A stretch of DNA of 64,000 nucleotides from an uncultured delta proteobacterium (GTDB lineage: Bacteria > Myxococcota_A > Polyangia > Polyangiales > Polyangiaceae), in NCBI GenBank assembly GCA_963782055.1, contig CAWAIF010000003.1, forward strand, positions 4,256,001 through 4,320,000, given 5' to 3'. A program made the translations under genes and the position numbers. Under the pieces are notes generated by a model that saw only the letters and a list, made by a program, of their open reading frames with translations, did not search any database and had not been told where the DNA came from. Below, one piece after another: positions 1 to 8,162 of this stretch. The stretch's first letter is position 1. The number at the start of each line of letters is the position of its first letter.

Positions 1-1
1 C

Positions 2-1003
2 ACCGTGCGTGACCAGTTCGGCCCTGGCCGCGCCCTCGCCCTGGGGCACGGCTTCTTCGGCGCGATGACGGAGGTGGAGGACGGCGGCGCGACGGTCTAC
101 ATCCCGGCGCTGCACGCGGTGACCTTCGCCATCGACTGGTGGGGCATGTCCAAGGCGGACCTGGACTCGGTCATCGCGCACATCGTCCAGTCACCCGCGC
201 ACGGCTTCGACTTCGTCGACCGCGTCCACCAGGCGATGGCCAACTGGCTGGTGATGACGGCGGCGATGAAGGGCCCGCTGGCGAGCGAGGACGCCTTCAA
301 GCGCCCGGCGAGCGGGCCGGGCACCGGCACCGACGGCGGCGGCAACTCCAACGCGGGCGCGCTGGTCTACGACCCGGCGCACGTCTTCTACTTCGGCGCG
401 AGCATGGGCCACATCCTGGGCGGGACGATGGCCGCGCTCAACCCCGACGTGGAGCGCGCGGCGCTGGACGTCGGGGGCGCGGCCTGGACGCAGATGATGC
501 CCCGCGCGAGCCCCTTCTCCAGCTTCTCCTTGTTCATCAAGAGCACGCTGAACGACGAGCTCGCGGCGCAGGCGCTGCAGGTGATGGGCGCGCGGGAGCT
601 CGACCGCATCGACCCCGCTACCTACGCGCCGTACCTCATCGGCGCCAAGCTGCCGGGCAACCCGGACCGCAAGGTGCTGCTCCAGATCGGCATCGGCGAC
701 GCGGGGGTACCCAACGTGGCGAGCTTCTTCCACGCGCGGGCGCTCGGGCTGTCGCAGGTGGCTCCGAACCCGGGCGCGGTGTGGGGGATCCCCGACGCCG
801 ACGCGTCCACGCTCGGCTCGGCGCTGACGGTGTGGGACTTCGGCATCGACCCCGGCGTCTACCGGGAGCCGGTGGCGCCCGACGCCAACGCGGTGCACGA
901 GGGGGTCCGGCGGGATCCCAAGGCCATCGCGCAGATGGACGCGTTCTTGAAGCCGGATGGGGTGGTGATCGATCCGTGCCAGGGGCCGTGCAAGGCGCAG
1001 TGA
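2..1003 (+). CDS. Alpha/beta-hydrolase-fold protein, 5'-truncated by the window edge
   Basis: Frame is open from the window start. It has a nucleophile-elbow motif YFGASMG and a C-terminal His (NAVHEGVR), with GC3-rich codons. Confidence 0.6.
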   Translation, partial: TVRDQFGPGRALALGHGFFGAMTEVEDGGATVYIPALHAVTFAIDWWGMSKADLDSVIAHIVQSPAHGFDFVDRVHQAMANWLVMTAAMKGPLASEDAFKRPASGPGTGTDGGGNSNAGALVYDPAHVFYFGASMGHILGGTMAALNPDVERAALDVGGAAWTQMMPRASPFSSFSLFIKSTLNDELAAQALQVMGARELDRIDPATYAPYLIGAKLPGNPDRKVLLQIGIGDAGVPNVASFFHARALGLSQVAPNPGAVWGIPDADASTLGSALTVWDFGIDPGVYREPVAPDANAVHEGVRRDPKAIAQMDAFLKPDGVVIDPCQGPCKAQ

Positions 1004-1084
1004 ACGCCGTGGTCACCGACGCCGGGGGACAGGCCCCTCGAACCACGTTGCCCGCGACCGCGGAGCTGGGGTAATGGATCTCTC

Positions 1085-1510
1085 ATGAAGAAGCCGGCGA
1101 TCGTCTCGGACATCATGACCACCAAGGTGGTCACCATCTTCGAGGAAGAGAACCTGGTGGGGATCGACAAGGGCATGTCGATGTTCAAGTTCCGTCACCT
1201 GCCGGTGATCGACGGCGACAAGCTCATCGGACTGGTCACGCACCGCGACCTGCTTGCCGCCGCGGCGAGCAGCCTGGAGCCGGGCGGCGTCCAGAAGACG
1301 ACGCACCTGAACGAGAACTCCTTCGTGCGCGACATCATGCAGCGCGACGTGGTCACCGTGCGGCCGGACACGCCGCTGGCCGACGCCGGCAGGTTGATGT
1401 GGGACCAGAAGCTGGGGTGTTTGCCGGTCGTCGGGGAGGGCAACAAGCTCCTCGGCATCGTGACCGAGGCGGACTTCCTCCGGCTCGCGCTGGCTCTCCT
1501 CGCCGGCTGA
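1085..1510 (+). CDS. CBS domain pair protein
   Basis: Two CBS repeats: VSDIMT..RHLPVID..GLVTHRDL and VRDIM..GCLPVV..GIVTEADF. Confidence 0.9.
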   Translation: MKKPAIVSDIMTTKVVTIFEEENLVGIDKGMSMFKFRHLPVIDGDKLIGLVTHRDLLAAAASSLEPGGVQKTTHLNENSFVRDIMQRDVVTVRPDTPLADAGRLMWDQKLGCLPVVGEGNKLLGIVTEADFLRLALALLAG

Positions 1511-1666
1511 GCGCCTCTTCCACCGGCCGACGCGCCGCTCAGAGGTGGAGGCTGCGGCTGCCTCCTCCGCCGCCACCTCGACGGCCCGGCCGCCGAGCTC
1601 GCGGATGGTGGTCGCGGGTGACCGCGTTTGGGCCCGCGGCGGCGACTCTGGTACCCTCGGCCACGG

Positions 1667-2890
1667 ATGAAGTACCTCTACGGCGACTCCGCGCCATTCC
1701 CGCTGGGCTACAACTTCCTCCTCACGCTCGAGGCGTTCATGACGGCCGCCACGCGGATCGTCGAGCTGGACACGATCGCGGGGCGGGCGCTGGGGCTCGC
1801 GCAGGAGAGCGCCCTGGTGCGGCAGCGCGGCATCGACTCGCTGGAGGTGTTCCACAACGAGCTCATGCGTGCGGTGAACGAGGCGGCGGCCGACGCGCAG
1901 CACACGAGCACTGTGGAGTACGCGCAGCGGGTGGGCGAGTTCGCCGCGCGCATCGTCGACGACTACCGGCGCGCCGCGGCGCAGACGAACGAGTCGGAGC
2001 AGACGAGCGCGCAGTCGGAGGTGCTCCGCGCGCGGGGAGAGATCCGCGCGAAGCTGGACGGCCTGTTCAAGGTGGCGCGGCTGCCGGTGCAGGAGCAGGT
2101 GATGACGCTGCGGCTCGGCGAGGGGAAGGATGCGAGCTACGACGTCTCCTGCGTGCTCACCAGCACGCACGGTATCGTGAGCACCTTCCGGCTCGGCGCG
2201 CCCGACGGCACGTCGTGGACGCGCCCGCGGCGGGTGAGCGAGCTGGCGAGCGGCATGGAGCCGAAGGTGGGGGTGAAGAAGAGCTGGCTGAAGGGGACGG
2301 TCACCGCCGAGAAGATGCGCCTGGACAACTGGATCGTCGGCGACGTGACGCTGCGTGACGACTCGGCGGAGATCGCGCTGCGCAAGAAGGCGGGGGAGCC
2401 GGACACGCTCGTGCTGCGCGTGCGGCAGGATGGCAACCGCACCGTGGTGGAGGCGGACCACCCGGGCGACACCAGCGCCGAGGCGATTGGCGGGGAGCTG
2501 GACGCCGAGGACGCCGACATGGTGGAGCGGCTGGTGCTCGCGCTGCGGGTGGACGTGAAGGAGCTGCTCCCTCACAAGGAGGAGCTGCTCGCCGCCACCA
2601 TCAACGGGGCCGACGTGCTGGGCGGCGAGCAGGTGCTGGGGCTCATCGCGCGGCTGGTGGAGATGTTCACGCCGACGGTGATCGAGATCACCCGGCGTAG
2701 CCCCAGCCCGCAGGAGCTCTCACTCAAGGCGGAGTCGGACGGCGGGCGGCGGGAGGAGCTGTACCTGCGCAAGGAGGAGCTGGTGAAGAAGCTCCAGCCG
2801 CTCAGCGCCGCCGGGCGGCAGATCTTTGCGCCGCTGGGACTGGACACGTGGGTGCCGGCGACGACAATCCGGCCGCCGCCGGTCGGCTGA
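1667..2890 (+). CDS. Hypothetical protein
   Basis: Long ORF with host-like codon usage, starting MKYLYGDS at ATG 1667. No family recognised. Confidence 0.75.
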   Translation: MKYLYGDSAPFPLGYNFLLTLEAFMTAATRIVELDTIAGRALGLAQESALVRQRGIDSLEVFHNELMRAVNEAAADAQHTSTVEYAQRVGEFAARIVDDYRRAAAQTNESEQTSAQSEVLRARGEIRAKLDGLFKVARLPVQEQVMTLRLGEGKDASYDVSCVLTSTHGIVSTFRLGAPDGTSWTRPRRVSELASGMEPKVGVKKSWLKGTVTAEKMRLDNWIVGDVTLRDDSAEIALRKKAGEPDTLVLRVRQDGNRTVVEADHPGDTSAEAIGGELDAEDADMVERLVLALRVDVKELLPHKEELLAATINGADVLGGEQVLGLIARLVEMFTPTVIEITRRSPSPQELSLKAESDGGRREELYLRKEELVKKLQPLSAAGRQIFAPLGLDTWVPATTIRPPPVG

Positions 2891-3064
2891 CGGCGCCTGG
2901 CGGCCGGGGGCGCGGGCGGCACGAGGCGGGCGCAAACGCGTCGCGCGAGCGGCACGCGTCGGGCGACGGCGAAGCCGCGCGGGCACAAAACGACGAGACC
3001 CGGGTCGGCCACGCCGCCCGGGTCCCCTCGCGCCTGGCGCCCGTGAGGGCGCCGGCTGACTGCG

Positions 3065-4261
3065 CTACTTCTTCTTCGGGGCCGGCTTCGGACCGGGCTT
3101 GCCGTGAACACCCGGCTTGCCGTGAGCGCCCGGCTTGCCATGGCCGTGAGCGCCCGGCTTGCCGCGGTCGCCCGGCTTGCCGTGGTGCATGCCTGGCGGC
3201 GGCGGCAGGAACTGATGCGCGAACTCCGCGCCGCTGCCGAACGTCCCGGCCCACGCGACCTTGCCGTCCTTGATCTTGAACAGCTCGGCCAGGTGGATGG
3301 TGCCGCTCTTGTTGCTCGCCTTCACCGGGCCCATCGGCCCCTTCATCGTGCCGGTGAGCTCCACCTCGGACACCACCCAGTCGCCGACCGGCGTCACCGT
3401 GGTCGGCGTGAGCTTGATGTCCGGGAACATCTTGGTCATGCGCGTCCACGCCTTCTTGGCGGCGTCCTTGCCGGTCGCGTCGGCGGCCTGCGTGTAGTCC
3501 GCTTCCACCACCTTGTCGGAGAGGCCCGCGAGGTACGCCTTCTCGTCCTTCTTCTCGAAGGACGCGTACCAGGCCTTGATGGCGTCGGCGTTCTTCGCCT
3601 CGTCCGGCGTGTCCTTCGCGGCCACCGCCTCCACCTCGGCGGTGGGGATCGGCTCGAGGCCGCGCGCCTTCATCTTGGGGTTCCCCTTCCCCAGCTGGTG
3701 CATCATCGTCAGGTGGTCCATGTACAGGTGCTGCTTGGAGATCAGCCCGTCGTCGTTGAACCACATGATGTCGAGGACGAACTGGCCGACCTTCTTGCCG
3801 GTGGCCTTCCCGCCCATGAACTCGCCGGTGTTCGTGCCGCTCACGAACGTCTCCTCGGCGACCATGTTGCCCTTCGTGAAGACGCGCAGCGACTTCACCC
3901 GCACATCGGGGAACGCCTTGAAGTACGCGTCCATGTCCTTCTGGATCTCGTCCTTCTTGCTCTCCTTCCACCCCATGAAGCCGGGCTCCGCCATCACGCC
4001 GTCGGGCGCGTAGAGCGCGGCGACCTTCGCGGCGTCGTGCGCCTTCCAGGCGGCGTCCATGTCCACCATCGTCTTCTTGATGAGGTCCGCCAGCGGGGCC
4101 TTGGGTGTGGCGGCGGGCGCCGCGGATGCCGAAGCGGTGGGCGCCGGCGTCGTCGCGGTGGGTGCCGCAGACGCGGCGGTGGTCACCGGCTGGGCCTCCT
4201 TCGCCCCGCCGCCGCACCCCACTGCCAGAAGAACGATTCCTCCCAACCACAGATTACGCAT
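3065..4261 (-). CDS. Lipoprotein with two SnoaL/NTF2-like (ester cyclase) domains and a C-terminal HGKPG repeat tail
   Basis: Lipobox LAVGC and an Ala/Pro/Thr linker. Two SnoaL-like domains (AFPD/MFPD ... GT.TG/GTMKG), then GKPG repeats. Confidence 0.8.
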   Translation of the reverse strand: MRNLWLGGIVLLAVGCGGGAKEAQPVTTAASAAPTATTPAPTASASAAPAATPKAPLADLIKKTMVDMDAAWKAHDAAKVAALYAPDGVMAEPGFMGWKESKKDEIQKDMDAYFKAFPDVRVKSLRVFTKGNMVAEETFVSGTNTGEFMGGKATGKKVGQFVLDIMWFNDDGLISKQHLYMDHLTMMHQLGKGNPKMKARGLEPIPTAEVEAVAAKDTPDEAKNADAIKAWYASFEKKDEKAYLAGLSDKVVEADYTQAADATGKDAAKKAWTRMTKMFPDIKLTPTTVTPVGDWVVSEVELTGTMKGPMGPVKASNKSGTIHLAELFKIKDGKVAWAGTFGSGAEFAHQFLPPPPGMHHGKPGDRGKPGAHGHGKPGAHGKPGVHGKPGPKPAPKKK

Positions 4262-4601
4262 TGTCGACCTCGTTTTGGGGTCCGGGGGTAGGCCCCCGTT
4301 CTCGGGCGCCGTTCCGGACCACTACGTGGGGCGATGGCGTCTATCAGAACCGTGGCCCTGTCAACGGTCGTCTCGCCGGCGGCGTACCGACTGGACGGAT
4401 TGTCACCGCCCCGCATAGCGCCCGGGTCTCTCGGCCCCGCCCCTCCCTCCGCCTCCTCCCCCTGTCCCGGGACACCCCCCCAGGCCACCCATGCCACCCA
4501 CGTTTCGACGCCAGGTCATTAGCAAGCACTCGAAAGGGCCTCGAAACGTAGGGGGGGCGGGGAGGGAGAAGGGGGGCACGGGGTGTGCAGTGGGGGAGGG
4601 G

Positions 4602-5108
4602 ATGGATGCCATCATGTTCGGGCTCAAGCGGGCCTATCAGTCGACGCTCACCCTCGGGCGCGCCATTTGCTCCAAGTTTGCGTCGGGGCTCACGCCGGCG
4701 CGGCTGGACATGATGTACGCGGTTCACGACAACGCGATGAACTACGTGACGCAGATGAAGCTGCGCCGGCTGCTCGGGGTGTCGCGGCCGACGGTCAGTC
4801 GCATGTTGAAATCGCTCGAGGAGCTGGGATGGGTGGAGCGCGGCCCGGGGCCGCACCTGGACAGGCGGACCCGCAAGGTGCGGCTCACCGAGCGGGGCGT
4901 CGCGCTGCTCAAGCGCGTGCTCGCCGCCGTCCTCGCCACCGACATGGTGAAGTTCATCGTCGACACCTCGCTCTCGATGGGGAGGTTCTGGGACGCCGGC
5001 CGCTGTCTGGTGGAGCGCGACCGCACCGAGGGCATCCTGCGGCGCATACGGCACGACTTCGGCGACACCGCGAGCATCGAGTACCCGTGGGACCACCCCG
5101 ACGACTGA
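4602..5108 (+). CDS. MarR-family transcriptional regulator
   Basis: Winged-helix motifs: LGVSRPTVSRMLKSLEELGWVER..DRRTRKVRLTERG. Confidence 0.85.
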   Translation: MDAIMFGLKRAYQSTLTLGRAICSKFASGLTPARLDMMYAVHDNAMNYVTQMKLRRLLGVSRPTVSRMLKSLEELGWVERGPGPHLDRRTRKVRLTERGVALLKRVLAAVLATDMVKFIVDTSLSMGRFWDAGRCLVERDRTEGILRRIRHDFGDTASIEYPWDHPDD

Positions 5109-5145
5109 CGCGGCGCACGGCCGCGCAACGTCAGGTGCCCGGGCG

Positions 5146-7137
5146 TCAATGCTGGGCGATGCGCTGATCGCAGGGCTTGGCGTTCTCGTCCTGACCCCGG
5201 CCGGGGATGCGAGTGGGATCCTCGTTCATCGCGCGGCCCGCCCGCTCGATCTTGTTGACGATGAGCCGGTCCAGGTTGCCGGAGGTGTAGTCGCTCTGCG
5301 TACCCCCACAGCTCGCGACCGGGTCGCCGCCACCCGTCGACTGGGGGCCAGCCCCGCCGCGCAGGACGAACATCTCGGTGCCCCCGGTGTACTGCGCGAT
5401 CTGCCGGAAGACGACCTGGCCGAGCTCGTCCATGCCGGAGGCCGCGATGGTGTAGACCTGCACGCCGGCGTGCGCGGCGGCCTGCGCGTCACGCGCGTAG
5501 CCAGGCTCGTCCTTGTAGTCGAGGTGCGGCGGCGCATCACCGATGACGAAGAGCAGACGCGCGCTCGCATCCGGACGCCACGCGAGGCCGGTGAGCGCGT
5601 CGTGGATGCCGCGGTTGACGTCCTCCGGCATGTCGCCGCCGCCGCCGGCCGAGAGCGCCGACACGATGCCGGTGAAGCGCTGCACATCGCCGGTCATGCC
5701 GAAGACGCGCGTGACGTAGGCGTCGCTGCGATCGCGGTACTCCACGAGCCCCACGTGCACGCCGGTGAGCGAGGCGGCCACGCGGCGCAGCGTCGCCTGC
5801 ACGGCCGTGATCTCCTCGCCCATCGATCCCGTCGTATCCAGCGCGAAGGCCACGTCCACGCTGGCGCCGCCGAGATCGCGCGGCTCCTTGCCGTCGAGCA
5901 GCACGACGCCGTCCGCCGTGGCGGCGGAGAACTGCGCGCTCGCCACATTGCCGCCGCATCGCGCGGTGGCAGCGAGCTTGTCGCCGCGCAGGCCCTCGGC
6001 GCGCGGAAAGAGGAGGGCGCGCCCGCTCGCCATGGTCTTGAGCGTGGTGGTCTTGCCCGACGCGTCCGCCACCGTGACCGCGCAGTTGGGAATGGGCTTC
6101 CCCTTCACGTCGCGCACCACGAGGAACTGCCGGTGCGTCACGTCGAGCGGCGTGATGCCGAGACCGCGGGAGGAGGCCAGCAGCTTCTGGAACTCGCTGT
6201 AGTTGGCGTTGTCGTCCCACTCGCCGGCGCGTACCGGACCGCTGGCGAAGTGCCCGCGAGGCCCGCCGCCTGACCGGCCGAAGCCGGTGGCGGCCGCGCC
6301 CGCGCCGTGGCCGATGGTGCCCACGGCGCCCAGCCCGATGCCCTCTCCGTGCCCGCCGCCGCCCTCGCCCGTCGCGCCGGCGACGCCCAGGCTGCCCGAC
6401 CCGAACGCGTCGGCCGCGCTGCTGCCCGACAGCAATCCCTTCGCGGCCTTCTTGGCGCCGTCTCCGTCACCGAGTGGGTCTGCCTTCACCCCGGTCGCGC
6501 CGATGGCCGAGACCAGGCCGATCACGCCCCACTCCGACGCTTCGCGATGACCCACCCCGCGCTCCGTCCTGGCGTCGGCCACTGCGTCCGCGTGGCGATG
6601 TCCCGCGGCGGAGGGGTCCACGCCTCCTTCCTCACCCTTCGCGCGAGCGCCGGTGCTCGTGGCCTCCCCGGCCACCGCCGACGTGGACCTGCGCGCGGAC
6701 GCCGCGGCGCCGTCGCCGTCGATCGCGCCGGAGCGACCACCCTCGTCCGCGCGGGAGGCGACCAGGTAGTGCCGCATCAGCTCCAGGTGGTCCCGCGCCT
6801 CCGCCGACTCGTCCCGCGGCGCCTGGCTGGCCGCGACCAGCGCACCCGTGTGCGCGGCGAGCGACGCGGTGATCAGCCCGAGCAGCGGGAGCACATCCAC
6901 GATGCGCCCCGCCCGCGCGAAGCCCTCCGCCCGGCACACCGCCAGCGTGAGGTCCCCGCTCCGTACGACCCCCTGCCCTGCCCCCTCGAATCCCGCGGGA
7001 ACGCACACCACCCCCCGCTCGTCCACCACGCGATCCCCGCCCGCGCCAGCCAGCACGTCACCCAGCCGCACCGGCGTGCGCAGGCGTCCGGAGAAGAGCA
7101 CCGAGTCGTTCCACGTCGCGACCACGTCAACCAGCAT
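5146..7137 (-). CDS. vWA-domain protein with an N-terminal AgmX/GltG-like glycine-rich region
   Basis: MIDAS motif DTTGSM, plus GGGDMPED and IGDAPPH. One TM segment and GEGGGGHGEGIGLGAVGTIGHG. Confidence 0.8.
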   Translation of the reverse strand: MLVDVVATWNDSVLFSGRLRTPVRLGDVLAGAGGDRVVDERGVVCVPAGFEGAGQGVVRSGDLTLAVCRAEGFARAGRIVDVLPLLGLITASLAAHTGALVAASQAPRDESAEARDHLELMRHYLVASRADEGGRSGAIDGDGAAASARRSTSAVAGEATSTGARAKGEEGGVDPSAAGHRHADAVADARTERGVGHREASEWGVIGLVSAIGATGVKADPLGDGDGAKKAAKGLLSGSSAADAFGSGSLGVAGATGEGGGGHGEGIGLGAVGTIGHGAGAAATGFGRSGGGPRGHFASGPVRAGEWDDNANYSEFQKLLASSRGLGITPLDVTHRQFLVVRDVKGKPIPNCAVTVADASGKTTTLKTMASGRALLFPRAEGLRGDKLAATARCGGNVASAQFSAATADGVVLLDGKEPRDLGGASVDVAFALDTTGSMGEEITAVQATLRRVAASLTGVHVGLVEYRDRSDAYVTRVFGMTGDVQRFTGIVSALSAGGGGDMPEDVNRGIHDALTGLAWRPDASARLLFVIGDAPPHLDYKDEPGYARDAQAAAHAGVQVYTIAASGMDELGQVVFRQIAQYTGGTEMFVLRGGAGPQSTGGGDPVASCGGTQSDYTSGNLDRLIVNKIERAGRAMNEDPTRIPGRGQDENAKPCDQRIAQH

Positions 7138-7178
7138 GTCGGATGGACAGTACCGGGCATCCGAAGGTTCCGCAGACC

Positions 7179-8162
7179 TCAGGACATGAAGATCCCCGCC
7201 ACCGCGTCCCGCGCGGCGGCGAAGCGCTCCTCCCAGGTGCCACGCACCACCAGCACCTGCCGCCCGCGCGCCGCGAGCTCCGCGAGGCCCCGCGCGTGGA
7301 ACTCCGCGCGGTCGGCCGGACGGTAGCGCACCGGGTCGGGGACGAAGGGCACGTCCACGTCGGGCACGATCGTCAGATCATAGCGGAGCGCGTCCGCCTC
7401 CTCGCGCACCCAGGCCGGGCACGACCCGAACAGCAGCTCCGACCACATCACGGTGGCCAGCACGTCGGTGTCGCAGACCAGCACCCGGTTCGCGAGGCGC
7501 GCCAGCGCCTCCTCCGACGCGAGCTGCCCCCGCGCGATGCGCTCCATGTCTTCCGCCTCCATAGCCCCGCCGCGTGGCTCCAGCAACGTGCGCGCGTACT
7601 CCGGCACCGCCACCGTGCCCAGCTCCTCCGCCAGCCGGCGCGCCAGCGTCGTCTTGCCCGTCGACTCCGCGCCGAACACGCACACCCGCTTGACGAAATA
7701 CGGCCGCACGCACCCCGGCAGGAACCGCCAGTGCGTCCACGGGTCCTGACGGATCGCCGTCGCGCTCACGGGCACCACCTCTCGCGCGACGTCGACCGGC
7801 ACCCACTCCGCCCCGAGCTCCGCCGCCAGCCGCTCCCCGTACGGCTCCGACGCGAACACGACGTCCGGCGGCGCGGGCAGCACCCGCAGCAGGCTCTCCC
7901 GCCAGATCTCCCAGAAGCGCGGGTGCTCGTGCGGCTCCTGCGGGTTCTCGTCGGTGAGGTGCACCACGCGCGCGTCGGGGAACAGCTCGCGCATCCACCC
8001 GAAGCGCAGCGCCCCCGGGATGGGCTCCCGCGCGAGCGTCCCCACCACCACCGTGAGGTCGTCGACGTACGCCCGCGCGAAGTCCACCAGGTGCACGTGC
8101 CCCGCGTGCGGCGGCATGAACTTGCCGAGCACCATCCCGCGACCGCGCCGGCGCCCGCTCAT
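7179..8162 (-). CDS. nadR: NadR-type bifunctional NMN adenylyltransferase / ribosylnicotinamide kinase (no HTH)
   Basis: GKFMPPHAGH (HxGH), VSATAIR, Walker A GAESTGKTT, VPEYAR, CDTD. The start codon overlaps the upstream stop (ATGA). Confidence 0.85.
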   Translation of the reverse strand: MSGRRRGRGMVLGKFMPPHAGHVHLVDFARAYVDDLTVVVGTLAREPIPGALRFGWMRELFPDARVVHLTDENPQEPHEHPRFWEIWRESLLRVLPAPPDVVFASEPYGERLAAELGAEWVPVDVAREVVPVSATAIRQDPWTHWRFLPGCVRPYFVKRVCVFGAESTGKTTLARRLAEELGTVAVPEYARTLLEPRGGAMEAEDMERIARGQLASEEALARLANRVLVCDTDVLATVMWSELLFGSCPAWVREEADALRYDLTIVPDVDVPFVPDPVRYRPADRAEFHARGLAELAARGRQVLVVRGTWEERFAAARDAVAGIFMS

